A stretch of DNA of 63,285 nucleotides, filler included, from Welwitschia mirabilis (GCA_051453625.1; 8 parts of one record of this genome joined end to end with filler, not necessarily neighbours in it); one strand, 5' to 3'; numbered from the whole stretch's first letter, positions 1 to 14,008 are shown. Numbers and translations: made by a program. Notes: generated from the letters alone by a model not told the origin.

Positions 1-68
1 TATTGATCAACTTGAATTTTCCTTTAGTGGAATAGATGTACTTATGATAAAGTAAAGTAGTAAAGCAA

Positions 69-143
<75 letters not shown>
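69..143. repeat. Head-to-head (AAT)n/(ATT)n microsatellite forming a perfect palindrome at 80-143
   Basis: The (AAT)n run at 69-110 is followed by an (ATT)n run to 143, with the centre of symmetry at 111/112. Confidence 0.9.
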
Positions 144-144
<1 letters not shown>

Positions 145-255
145 GTTTTGAATAAAAATGTTAAACTTTATTAAATAAATTAATTTATTACATTCTCATG
201 GGGAAAAAGAAAAAAGAAGATAAAAACACTCTTTACAAACTAGGCTCCTTCAAGC

Positions 256-1085
256 AACTTAATTTTTGAAGTGGCCAAAGAGCTTCTTCTTCTGGTGGGA
301 ATGTCTAGTCATGAATGATAATCTTGAAAAATTCTCAGTCGGAGGCAGTAAATGCATCTTACCTAATAATTGAGTTAATACATTTGTTTTCTCTAAGTGG
401 GATATCCAGAAGTTTCTATAAGGCTTAAAATCCCATACTATTCTCTCTTTATTCTTCTTATCAAAATTGGGTTTAGTAAGACTTATGATAAGGTTGCTAC
501 CTTAAAGCTAGTTAACTTCCTTTTCTAATAGTTTTATCTTCCAAGCTAGCTAATCCAAAGATACAAGTCGACTCATTATAAATAATCTATTAATGCAACT
601 CCTTAGTCTTTAGCCTTAGATACTTGTCCACTAAGTGGTAAACTAATGGACCAAAAGCTTAGAGGGATAAAACCACCCCCAAAATAGTCTTTACTAGCTT
701 TAGTGATGATGAAATCTAAAGCATCTAAGACCTTAGTAATCAAACTATAGTTANNNNNNNNNNNNNNNNNNNNNNNNNNNNNNNNNNNNNNNNNNNNNNN
801 NNNNNNNNNNNNNNNNNNNNNNNNNNNNNNNNNNNNNNNNNNNNNNNNNNNNNCTAGCTTTAGTGATGATGAAATCTAAAGCATCTAAGACCTTAGTAAT
901 CAAAATATAGTTATAGTATGCGAATTTTTGGACTACATTTTTAGATCTAATGGAGACCTAAAGAGATTGAGGATCCACAGTGCTTATGCACATATCTATC
1001 TACATAGTACCCAAGTAAAAAAGTCATCTCTTAATCATTTTGATATCAGAAGAGTAATAGAATAATAGGAAGGAGTATAAGCCAT
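256..1085 (-). pseudogene. Possible decayed ORF of unknown family (probably retroelement-borne)
   Basis: ATG at 1085 gives MAYTPSYYSITSDIKM...KVLDALDFIITKASKDYFGGGFIPLSFW with several stops. After a frame change there is a stop-free stretch, PNFDKKNKERIVWDFKPYRNFWISHLEKTNVLTQLLGKMHLLPP. No family motif was recognised. Confidence 0.3.
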
Positions 1086-2849
1086 AAAAATTAATGTAGG
1101 AAAGGATATAAAAAGTAAAGAGAAATTCAGTAAAGAAAATTCCTAAGCTTAAATAAAAAATAATAAATGGTTAAGTAAGAAAGAGATATAATTTATATCT
1201 CAAATTTTATGCTCTTATTTGACAAGTATAATTTATTATAAGTTATCAAGTATACATGTGTTTAATTTTTAAGTAAAAAAATTTAACAAGTGATATACCT
1301 ACTAATAGCTGAAGTGTGCTAAGTGTCAACATCTATCTTTAAGTAGGTTTGAAATCAAGGGATTTCAATTTGATTAAGATTCAATCTAAAATTAAAACTT
1401 CAAATCAATTTATGATCAATTTTAATTTCCTGACCTCCATGCCATTGCAAGGACCCACAAAATCTTTCTTTTAAAGACCGCATCATCAATAATTACCATG
1501 AAACCTGCAGATGCCTTATAATCAAAATAAAATTACTTAGACATATTTAAAAACTCAAAAATAATTTTCTTTTATCTTATTTTAAAAGGATAAAAAGAGA
1601 ATTACCAATGTTTTACTCTAGCAACATGTCATTGCAAATTGAACTTTGAAGTTAAAGGGAGATCACCTGGGTAACTAATACTAAACTAAGAATAAAACTT
1701 TAGGTAATATTTCAAGCTAGCTTTTTAAAACTTGAATTATTTTAAAATTTTTTATCTAAAATAATCTCAAAGTTAAAACTTTAAATTAGATTTCATATCA
1801 AAGTCATTTATCTTCATTCAGAACCTACATTGAGACTTTAAATTAGATTTCAAGTCAATCCTAGTATTTTTTTCTCTATAATTAGAAATATAGAATCATC
1901 TAGTATATTAATACTAACTTGAAGTCAAAACTTTGAATCAAATTTAAAGCCTAACCCTTAACTAGCAAGTCTCGGTAATTGATACTAGCCCAAATCCAAA
2001 GCTTTGGACTGATTTCAAGCCAACTCAATCTATGAACTTTTTCTTATAGAGGAGGGCCTCATTCTTGATGATACCCCTCAACTTCCCTTTATAACTCTCA
2101 TGTAATAACTTTATTCTTCCATTTACTTTTGTGTTCTTAGTAATAATGTTAAGAATTCGAAGGATACCATCTCAATGACCATCTTTAAACTCTTTAAATC
2201 ACCTCTACAATTGATTTAAAATCTCCATTGAAAACCTATGAATTCTTAATGACCCTTATCAAATCCAATGTTACAAGGAATGATTACAACTTAAATATAA
2301 CTACATATTTCTTATTCATCACACTTAAAGTCATTTTCGATGATTCCCCTTTGCTATTAATGACCCCCATCATACTATCAAATCCATGTCATATCTAGTT
2401 CATGTCGTGTTAATCACATGGGCATTACCATATTAGCATTTACATTACTAGCTTTGACTAAGTTAATATTTCATATTTTCATATTTTCATATTTCTAAAT
2501 TGGAATTCAAACTTTTTAAATAATAATAAGGTATGAAATTTTCTAATTAAATCTATTTTCTCTATGATAAGGTTTTTATTTACTGCTTAATCATGTGAAT
2601 TTAATGCAATAGTAAGTATAAATTTTATCTATTTAAAGTGGGTAATAGATTAGTAATTTTTACTTCCATCCTATATTTTTACTTTATTACATTAGTTTTT
2701 TTCTTTTCCTTGAGCTCCTTGACAATAGTGAACAACTTATATTAACTCTTTTATACATTCAGAAGCTTGCTAAACTTCACTTAGGAGGAGAGTTAAATAG
2801 CTTTACTACATGCAATGCTTTTTCATTTGCTTAAATAATGTTTTATTTT

Positions 2850-5092
2850 ACTAGAAAGTGAAGTTTATTTTAAGGTTTTCTATTGTAATACTTTTGTGTA
2901 ACCCCATCTCAGGCACAAATTTTTATAGAATGTAGGCTTATTTCATCCTTAATTTTCACTTAAGTTCTTATAGACCATACTTGATAGAATTTAAGTAAAG
3001 AATCATCGAGCTAGAATGGTATGAATGGCTTACTATAAATGATAGATCCTCTTTAGAATCTGTATATGAATTTTACAAGAATTTCAAAATAAATGATGTC
3101 AAAACTATGCTAGAAACCACTATGAAGTACTATTGAGTAACAACCACTCAAGAAGACATAATAAAAATTCTACACCTATCACCCAAAGAAAAATCCATAG
3201 ATCACACCAACAAAAAAGAAGGCATAAATCTAAGTAGGAAGTTGATGGGATGAGTGGTAGTTTAGGGATGTATACTAGTTCAAAAGAATACAAAACTAGA
3301 ATTCTTCATTACTTTTAAGATTGTGGCTAGTAATTTAATATCCATTATTCATAAATAAAAGGGTATCACATTACTTGGTCTTTATATGATTATAGCTATA
3401 AGGAACAAGATAAATCACATTAATGTAAATATTATAGAAGGAATTTTTTGGAGATGACAAGGCATAATACAAAACTAAATAAATTTTGAATTAGAGCTTC
3501 AAGTATTATATGAGTTGAATTTCCTTTCTTGATTACTCAAATTTTGAATNNNNNNNNNNNNNNNNNNNNNNNNNNNNNNNNNNNNNNNNNNNNNNNNNNN
3601 NNNNNNNNNNNNNNNNNNNNNNNNNNNNNNNNNNNNNNNNNNNNNNNNNNNNNNNNNNNNNNNNNNNNNNNNNNNNNNNNNNNNNNNNNNNNNNNNNNNN
3701 NNNNNNNNNNNNNNNNNNNNNNNNNNNNNNNNNNNNNNNNNNNNNNNNNNNNNNNNNNNNNNNNNNNNNNNNNNNNNNNNNNNNNNNNNNNNNNNNNNNN
3801 NNNNNNNNNNNNNNNNNNNNNATTGGATAGGCTCTATAGTGCTTTAAATTTAGTTAAAGATAAAATCCAAGTTTTTCTGGATAGGAAAGATGAACTTTTA
3901 CATTACAAGATTATATTGGTAATCTAAAGATTAAAAATAAAATCCTAAAATAGAAACTGAATCAAGAAAAAGATAATAATGAAGAGCTACATCAAGAGAT
4001 CACCAACCAAGAAAAATATGTTAAGCTCTCTAAATCTTTCAAAGAAATAAAAAGGAAATTATAGAGGACTTTTGAACGCATTGCTAAACTGGAATTAGCT
4101 ATTGAGAATAGAATATAGATAAAAAAAAGTTTTGAGAGAAAGGCCAAACATATTAGTATCTTTATTATAGAATTTATCTTCAAGTAAAAAGTATGATGCT
4201 AAATATATTAAGCATCAATAAAAATTTATTACTTTCATGCACAATGAAGGGCCTCTATCCATGAACAGGGAATTTTCAAATAAAATTTATGTAGAACTAT
4301 AAGGAATAAATGAGAAATTTATAAAAACTCATGCAGAGATCCAAGAGTATAGGCAAAAATGGCATGATGCCTAATGTTCTTTGGGATACTATCACTCACT
4401 CGTAAGAGTAAATAAGAAAGTCATGGATTAATTAACAAAAGAGAATAGGGATTTCAAGAATCAAATGGGAGAAACAAGCTCCTCTACTAAGCCTTCACTT
4501 GATTCTTTAATAAAAAGTTTTCTTTAAAAATGAAGGATAAAGTCTGAAGAGCAACAAGTTCAATTTAGGACATCTCTTTAACTTCTTTAACTCTATCTCA
4601 TGAGATGGAGAATAAAATAAAATTATACTTTAAGAGAATCTTCAGCAAACTTAAATAAGGATCTTAAACTAATAAGCCCTAAGTCTACCCAACTTATTAT
4701 TCAAAATTTGGAGAAGAAAAACATGAGGTTGCTCTATGAGATTTACCTCGTGGAAATAAAGTTGGGTAAATGAATTGGATTTGGGTTTATGAGGAATTAG
4801 TTGTGCTACATAGCCTTGACTATTAGCCTAAGAAATTATATAATTTTATTGACAGATTTAAAGAACATTTAGAAAGCATTATTCAAAAAACTTTTAAAGA
4901 TTGATTAAAGATGATGTGCATTTTTATAATTTTAGAAGAGATATGAGAGCATTGCTAATTAAAATAATGCAAAATGGAATAGAAACTCCTACAAGAGAAC
5001 TCAAAAATTTTTTAAATGATGTTGCAACAAAATTTTACAGAATTTCAGAAGAATGTGAATCAAGTATTAAAGTTTTTGTAGTTTTCTCTTAG
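2850..5092 (+). pseudogene. Decayed env-like/extra 3' ORF of a plus-strand Gypsy (Athila-type): plant-transposon-protein-like domain followed by a coiled-coil-like region
   Basis: Fragments SLESVYEFYKNFKIND, KLEFFITFKIVASNLISIIH and LYMIIAI, then a long E/K/L-rich region (ORF track 4901-5092). It lies directly upstream of a PPT and LTR. Confidence 0.55.
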
Positions 5093-5623
5093 GATTTTTA
5101 ATAGTTATATTATTTTAGAGATTAAATTATTCAGAACAAAACTACGATGAGAGGTACATTTGCAAATATTTTTTTAAATTTAGAACATAAAGACTTATTG
5201 GAGATGTATATAATTTGTCTAGGTAAATCTCAAGATTAGAATCACAAATTGGGATAGCTTAAGATATATAAAACACACTCCAAAGTCCTAACAAGTTCTT
5301 TTATCTTTCAAGAGAAAGAGGAAAGAACCACCCCAGCTAAGAGCTCCTCTATGAGGCAGAGGATAAAGTAGAAAAACAGCTCTAAAGTAGGTAGAAATAG
5401 AAGTCATAGATTTGAATGATCCTACTTTTCAAAAAGAACAAAGAAATATTTTAAAAACTTTGGAAAAATAAAAATAGTCTACTTAGCTAACTAGACAAAG
5501 GAGAGAATTAAAATCCAGTGAAGAGTAACCATTATTTTCAAAATAAGGAAAGGAAAATCATAAGATTTTTTATCATCTTTATCTATTGTGAATACTCTGT
5601 TTTTAAGGAACTAATAAAAACTT

Positions 5624-6379
5624 GAGTGTGGAGGAACTGATGAAGCTAAATTTTATGTAAAAATTTATTTATTAATGAAGTATGTTTTGTTATGTCAATT
5701 ATATATTTCGTCAGTAAATAGATGGTTTTATTTATATTTATGTATACTAATAAATAGGTTATTATTAGTAAGTTAGTATATATATTTTATTATTGTATTT
5801 CAAGTACAGGATGCCAAGTGACATGAAGATGAGAAAGAAGATTAAGGAGTGAATCAACATAACCACCTCAACCACTTACCGATCTCTAAGAAGTAAAGAA
5901 TGAAAACTGGAAAATAGACTAGGGTATAAAAACTTGATTACCATCAACGGTGGGGATCTTTTCAACACATAAGTTCTAGCAATAGACAAGGCAAAGAGGT
6001 TGAGTAAGGGAACTCTAGTTCACTTGCAAAGATATTAGCAACACTTGTCCACATTCCATAGTGTTACCTAAAAAAGAGAACACACTTGTTATCTCATCTT
6101 TATATACAATTGATATTTTAGTATAAAAGCTGAAAAGCATTTGAACATCATTATGTGGATCTTTTATTACTCAAAAAAGTAATATTACTTGTATCTCACT
6201 CTTGTTTATATATCTAAACATAAAATAAGATAATTATAGTGCTTAAAAATAAGAATTAATCAGTATGTTGCTTAACTTCAGTTATGTTTTATTTCTTTCT
6301 CTATTTTTCCTTGATGTATTAAATGTACATAGTAGTTTGATTTTAATAAATAACCTAACTAGTTCAAGTAACTTCATCA
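5624..6379 (+). mobile_element. PPT (5624-5637) and 3' LTR (5638-6379) of a second Athila-type Gypsy family
   Basis: Purine tract GAGTGTGGAGGAAC is followed by TGATGAAG...CTTCATCA, an 8-bp perfect terminal inverted repeat with TG..CA ends. Confidence 0.65.
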
Positions 6380-7899
6380 CAATACTATTGTAATGATGAA
6401 TTTTAAACTAAATAGTTAAGTCATAATTAGTTCTTTAGTAAGCCTTCATGTATTTTTATTTTAACAATATGTGCTTATTTTAGGTTTAATAGTAGCATAA
6501 TTTCTATACTTTTCCAGCATTATTTATAGTTTTTTTATAATATTTTATAATACATTATACATTTATTTTATAACATAAGCCATCCATCATGTATCTAAAC
6601 TTAAAAATGATTATGAAAATATGTAGAACTCTAAAGACTTAAATGAACATTATGAATATCATAAAAAAACTTCCTCTAAGCATAACAAAATATCATCTAG
6701 TCAAAATGCTAAAGGAAAATTAACTTTTATTGATAAAACAACATAAGTAAAAATGAAAATAACAACAAAGAATCTACTCAATGATAAGTCCTAAAAAATG
6801 ATTATGAAAAAGTATAGAAATGACTTTAAAATAACAAACTAAATAATCAAAAAAGAATAAATGAAAATAGGCATCTATAAACATGAAAAAAAATAGTAAA
6901 TCTACCCTAAATTCTAACCTAGGAAACCCCCTCAGAAGAAACTATAAAGCCACCTAAGTAAATATGCATAACAAAATGTATCAACTCCATAAAATTTTAC
7001 TTGAAAAGGCATTCATTATGATGACACTATATATCAAGTTCTCAAAACAATGAATGATAAGACTAAAAGCTACTTAAAAATGAACTCACTTGTTCATACC
7101 CAAAAACACACCCTTATCCTCAAAAGTAAATAATCATTTCAGAATACTAAGAGACTAAGAAATAATTAATGCCTTTGATAATACCAAGAACACCACTAAT
7201 CTCATAGTGTAAAAGTTTTATTACTACTTTTCATGATGAAGGAAGTATAACCAAGTCAGAAAAGTAAGAATCCATAAAGTATGACTAACCAACTCTCCAC
7301 TAGGTTTCCATAGCTACTAATACTATTAAAGGTTCCTTTTAGAAAAATCTACTCTAATGTAATAATAAATCATGATTACCATGTATTTTAGCACAAATAC
7401 AATAAATCATATTCATTATTCTTTTTACTTCTCTAAAGGATTCACACATGACAACACACTCAATAAGGCAAAGGTGAAGAAGGGAGATAAAAGAAAGAAA
7501 AAACACATCTAAACAATAAAAGACCTCATACCATTAAGGAAAATACAAGAATCAAGGCATCTTCCTTTAAAATGAAGTTCATAAATATGTGAATGTCTTG
7601 AGATTAGATGAATCTAATCTTATCACTATGAAATGTCTAAGTATGAATACTATTCATGAAAACTTTCTAAAACAAATATATAAGTAAAGTTAAAAATGAT
7701 CAAATGACATCATAANNNNNNNNNNNNNNNNNNNNNNNNNNNNNNNNNNNNNNNNNNNNNNNNNNNNNNNNNNNNNNNNNNNNNNNNNNNNNNNNNNNNN
7801 NNNNNNNNNNNNNNNAAACTTTATAAAACAAATATATAAGTAAAGTTAAAAATGATCAAATGACATCATAACATCTACAAAAGAAATCAAATAAGAGAG

Positions 7900-10800
7900 A
7901 ATTTAGACAGTGATAGGAAGGAAGTCCTCCTTATCAAGGGAAACCTCCAAGATAATTGCTTCTATCATGTTTAAGATTGCATCAAAGGGATTTTTATATA
8001 TTTTTAACATTTGTTCATTAACTTTTTAAATCTCTTTAATATTTAAGTATAAAATATTAATAANNNNNNNNNNNNNNNNNNNNNNNNNNNNNNNNNNNNN
8101 NNNNNNNNNNNNNNNNNNNNNNNNNNNNNNNNGATACATTATAGTGTTATACAAAAGAATAAGTTGACTGGGTTTAAACTTTTTATGAAGTAACTTTTTA
8201 TCATGTTTAAACTTAGCTTAGGCTTTATGAATGAGTTAATAATGTATGGCATGTGTATTTTTTTCATCTAAGTGATTAAGTTGACTAATATATTTTTAAT
8301 ATTTTCATGAAGATCTACAAGATTAAGTTAAGGAAAAGAACAATAAGAGTTATAACACACATCAACTAGCAAAACACAAGATTTTTCATATACAAGTTCA
8401 TAAGATGGAAAGCCAATAGAATTACATCAATTAGTATAGTAAGCCTAAGGACATCATTAAGCTTAGAAGTCTGAGATTTATTATTAACAAAGATAAGTTT
8501 TTAAAGCATTTTTTTATTACTCTCTTTGCATTTTTAGCTTAACCATTAGTTTGTAAATGATAAGTGCAAGCTACTCTATGTTCAATTCTAATAAATAAAA
8601 GAAGTCTTCTAAAAAGATGATTAATAAAATTAGTTTCTTAATCACTAATGATAATTCTAAAAAATCAAAACATTGAAAAATATGAGTTCTAATAAAATTG
8701 CAAATAGCTTGGGCATCATTTATAATTTAGGAACAACTTTAACTCATTTAATAACATAATAAATAGTTATTAAAATGTGATTTTTATCATTATAGGGTGG
8801 TTTAATAGGGACTATAAAATCAATTTCCCAATAATCAAAAATTTCACATTTAAGAATAGGTTTAAAGAGCATATCATAAGAATGAATAAGGCTACCATAA
8901 CATTGACAAGCATTACACCTTCTACCAAAACCAAAAAAGTCCTAAAAAAGACTAGACCAATAAAAAATAGAGTGAAGAATTTTCATTATTATTTTCTCTC
9001 TACTAAAATAGCCTCCACAAATACTACTATAACAAAGTTGAAGGATTTCAATTTTTTTCCATTTAAGCATATATTTTCTCATGATTTGATCTTTGCAACT
9101 ATGATAGAGTTATGGCTTTATTCATTTGTAATTATCTATTCTATAGAGAGAAGATTTTTTCAATTATGACTTAAATTTTATGATTTTTTAATGGTAATAA
9201 GATAATTAACTATGTCAACATACTAAGGAGAAGGATAAGTTGAATCAATAATAAGATCATCAAGATAAGAAGAAATATGTAACAAATGATCTGCTATACT
9301 ATTATATCTTCCTTCTTTGTTAATAATGGTAAGATTAAATTATTACATGAGGAAAATCCATATAATGATTCTAGCACTATAATATTTCTTAGTTATTAGG
9401 TATCTAATAGCTACGTGGTTAATATAAAAATTCATATCAAACATAAAAGATAGTATTTAAGGTTATCGAGGTAAAATATTCTAGCTAAAATTTCTTTCAT
9501 AATAGTAGTATAATTCGATTAAGCTTTATCAAATTTTTACTATGATAAGATATAACTTTAAATTCATTTTCATACTTTTATGTAAGAACTCCATCCACAA
9601 AAATAAAACTATCATCACATATTAATTTAAAATATTTATTTCAATTAGGTCCTATTACTATAGATGCAAAAGAGATTTTATCTTTCAATGTTTCAAAAAC
9701 AAGCTAATAATATTTATTCCATTTAAATTTAGCTTCTTTTTCAAGTAATGAGGGAAGGGATTTATAAACTTTAGCATAATCCTAAATAAAATGATAATAA
9801 AAATCATAATGAGTAAGGAAATATTGAACATGTTTTACATTTATTGAAGGAGTAAGGTTTTTAATGATACTTACTTTTCAGGGTTCATTCCAATTCCTTT
9901 ATTAGAAATATGATGATATAAGATAATTCCATTATTAACTAGAAAGAAACTCTTCTTCCAACTCAAATGTACACTACTCTTAATACATCTATCAAGGACT
10001 TTCTCTAACCTTTCTAAGATTTATTTGAAGTTTTTATTAAATATTAAGAAGTTAAAACTATTAATTGAATCCTCTAACATATCAGAAATGATATCCATCA
10101 TTAGACATTACAAAGTACAAGGGGTATTATAAAGTTCAAAAGACATGTATCTAAAGGTAAATGTTATAAATGGTAAAGTAAAAGTTAATTTTGCTTGATT
10201 GTCACTAGCTATACAAACTTGATTATTACACTATACCCATTAAGAAAGTAATAAAAGACATGTCTTTGAATTCTATTAAGTATTTGGCTAAGAAAAGGTA
10301 AAGAGAAATGGTCTTTTTTTGTTCCCTTATGTAGCTCTCAAAAATCAATACACATTTTCTAGTTCTCATCTTTCTTAGTACTATCCCAAAGGGCTAATCT
10401 ACTCACCATCAGATATGGCATAAATAATTTGAACATCCATTAATTTAATGATTTCATCTTTTATTACTTTTTCAAGGGCTAGATTTAGTCTATGTTGGAG
10501 TTGTCTAATAGGTTTTGCATTATTCTTAATGTAGACTTTATACTAACTAATGGAAGTAAAAATGGTTGTTAAATATTTATGATTTAAGCAAATGCATTAA
10601 TCTTAAAATACAAAAGTGATATTAAAATTAACTTATGTTAAGGAAAAAGATTCTTAATTATTATTAATATTTTATTCTAATCATCACACAGAAATAAATA
10701 TATCAGTCCATTGGGTTAAAATTTTAGATTTAAATTTATATTTTTAGTTTCTTTTAATTTTCTCTTAAAGTTGATTGTCATATTTAACTATTGTCCAAAT

Positions 10801-12045
10801 GTTAAGGATGGATGACATCCCTTAAAATATAGAATCTCAGTTGTTTTTAGATGTTGTATTTCTTCATAGATTACAGTTTTAGTTTCTTCATTATCATAAT
10901 CAAAGCAGTCAGTTTCTAAATACTTATAGTTAAGTTTATCATCATCAAAAGCTTTCAAGTTTTATACTTCAAGTGGATTATCATACAATGTAGAATTATA
11001 AAGCATTAATTATATCTCTTTAAGTAGATAATGCTTTAAAAATAATGTTGACTTAATTTTCTTATCTACATTCTACTCATTACCTAGGTCTTTTTTAGTA
11101 GCATTGAAAACTCTAATGGTAAACTTTTTATTTTCTAAAGTGACATTCTATCATTTCAGTTCTTCTATCAATACTACAATAGACTATTATACAAAATACT
11201 TTTTCTACAAGTGATTGATAACCTTTATTATGCTTAAATTCCATCATAATCACATCTATTAAATAGAATGCTTTCTCAATTTAGATCACCAAATATTTGA
11301 TTATTCCTAAGAGTTTTTTTATTGATATGTCTGCTAATTCTAAGATAATACATATAGGCTCAATTATACTTTCTAAACCAAGTCATTAACAAATCTGTAA
11401 AGGCATAAGATTAATACTTGCTCCTATATCAATTAAGGCTTTCTTAATTCTTTTATTTCTTTTTAATGTAATACTAACTATTGCTACCCCAGGATCCTTA
11501 AATTTAGAACATTTTTGCAAAACTAAGTTGGTTATAACTTAAGCTAGGAAGACTTTACTAGGTATGGTTTATTTTTGTTTCCTCCTAATTAGGTATTTCC
11601 ACAACTTATAATATTTATGTTTTTCTTACAATAGCTTTTAAAATGGTAAACTTATCTTCACTTCTTACATTAAGGCTTTAAGATAACCATCAAAGATAGG
11701 ATTGGTAATTAATCTACTAAGCCAAAGGATAGAAGATTTTTTTCCTTTATTTTGGGAAGAATTTTTCTTATTAATATTATCCCTTAAAGAAGAAGGAAAG
11801 TTATGATTTCCTAAGATTTTAGTATCTTCTTTTTCTTTTTCATCTTTGTTATCATTTTTAGAAGTTCAAGCCTCATGGATAGGAGGTGTTAGTTTATTTC
11901 TAATTCTTATCACAATCTTATAATCTTTTCTTACTTTATTAGGGTTTGGCATGGGTTGTGTTGCAAGTGATTCTTGTGGTCTTTGATTTATAGGCATAGT
12001 TTATTGAAGAAAATTCATTAGATTTTCGATGTTTGATTTTGTATT
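7900..12045 (-). pseudogene. Element A gag C-terminus and pol (protease about 11150-11520, RT about 9700-10530, RNase H about 9290-9660, integrase about 7950-9200)
   Basis: Reverse-strand motifs QRPQESLATQPMPNP, KFKDPG, ALIDIGASINLMP, DNQAKLTFTLPF...YNTPCT and integrase CQCYGS. Domain order is Gypsy. There are many stops. Confidence 0.85.
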
Positions 12046-13652
12046 TATTGGATATGGAATCCTAGAGAGGGGGAAGGATGAATAAAATTTAAAAATAAAT
12101 TAAAAAACTCTCTTAACAGGACATTGAATACTAAAAAATATTTATGCATATAAAATAATTAAAAGATCTATCTAGGAATAAAATCTAAAAAAGGAAATAA
12201 CTACAACTAGAAAATACTAAAAGAGATTATGAGATACATGATTTATAGTGGTTCAAGAAATCCTCTAATTTACTTAATAATCATCTTCTATCTAAGGCTA
12301 ATCTAGATCCTTGTTGCTTACTTTCTAGGTTTCTCAGGTTAACTTGTAACCTTTATAATTAGACTTTTTAAGGCTTAGTCTCAACCTTTGAAGAAACGCT
12401 TTTTGGTATCAATAGTATGTCATAATGCATAAGCTTTACCAAATCTAAAGTATAGTAAAGATACTACTACACTTTCTAAAACTAACATTACAAACTTAAG
12501 TACATATAATGCAAGATATTTAACCAAAGAACTAATAATTAAATGATGCCTTTTTAATTTTTGTTTAGCTAAAAAATGTCTCATGATTTTGACGGTTAAG
12601 TTTTATATAGGAGATAGATTTTAGAGTTTTACAAGTAGATGTAATATTTCAATGAATAAAAATAAAAAGGCAATGGCTAGAAAATAGACTAAAAAATTTC
12701 ATTTTCATCATGATTGGTCAATCCCATGGAGTGCCATCACTAAAGTTGATCAATCCTCTTNNNNNNNNNNNNNNNNNNNNNNNNNNNNNNNNNNNNNNNN
12801 NNNNNNNNNNNNNNNNNNNNNNNNNNNNNNNNNNNNNNNNNNNNNNNNNNNNNNNNNNNNNNNNNNNNNNNNNNNNNNNNNNNNNNNNNNNNNNNNNNNN
12901 NNNNNNNNNNNNNNNNNNNNNNNNNNNNNNNNNNNNNNNNNNNNNNNNNNNNNNNNNNNNNNNNNNNNNNNNNNNNNNNNNNNNNNNNNNNNNNNNNNNN
13001 NNNNNNNNNNNNNNNNNNNNNNNNNNNNNNNNNNNNNNNNNNNNNNNNNNNNNNNNNNNNNNNNNNNNNNNNNNNNNNNNNNNNNNNNNNNNNNNNNNNN
13101 NNNNNNNNNNNNNNNNNNNNNNNNNNNNNNNNNNNNNNNNNNNNNNNNNNNNNNNNNNNNNNNNNNNNNNNNNNNCCTCTGTTCTTTTGGTCGACTTGAG
13201 TTCTTTACATCTTTAATTTCAGTTAATCCCACTAGGGATCTAGACAACTGAATATGTTTAGGTTTGGTTGATTACATTTTAGTCTAATCAATCCATATGA
13301 AAAAAAGTTAAAACATTTTTATCCTAGATCTAGTTAATCCCTCAAACATCCGATTGACTCCTTGATGAAAAGATTTAATAAATTTTTGCATAGGTCTAGT
13401 TGACCCCTCAAGAATTCAGTTGACCTTTAATAAACTAGTTTTGACACTTTTTGATATAAGTTTGATTGATTCCTTAGAAATCTAGTCAACCCCTTTAAGG
13501 ATCTATAACTTGATAGGTTCAAGCGTAGCTAGTAAGAATTGTTTATTGCTTCTGATGTATAATGATTAATATTTTCTCTAAGTAATATAACATATTTTAC
13601 AATATCAAAAAATGTTTATTTGACATCAACATTGTAGAATTATAACTTAATA
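12046..13652 (-). repeat. Sirevirus 3' LTR (contains N gap 12761-13175)
   Basis: Begins with the CTAGAG(A)GGGGG..TGAATA motif, the reverse complement of the Sirevirus LTR end. It is followed by PPT-complement tracts TCTTCTCCTTTGACATTAATG and CTCCCCCT, and is homologous to 32908-33229. Confidence 0.8.
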
Positions 13653-14008
13653 ATCTTCTCCTTTGACATTAATGGTAAACTATACTTATTTAAAAATATT
13701 AATTTAAAAACTCCCCCTCAAAAAATACCCATTTAGATTTGCAAAAAATCATTGATTATATTTATCCAAATCAAGCATTCATAATGGCTCTTTAAAGAGA
13801 GCCATAAAAAAATTTGAAATCATAGTTCATGGAAAATATCGTATTCATTAATAGATAAGATAATTAATACAAAATGCATTTTTTTAAAACCAGTCTTAAG
13901 TAGTATATCTAAAAGACTCTTTTTTAATAACAACTTGATAAAAGAAACTAACAATTACAATAACTAACTATAACTAATTTTATAGCAAGTGTATCTCCAC
14001 TTTGTGAC

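Noticed and set aside
8777..9169. 130-aa plus-strand ORF
   Set aside because: It is the antisense shadow of element A integrase. The same applies to 24419-24667, 18201-18407 and the minus-strand ORFs within 47429-49312.
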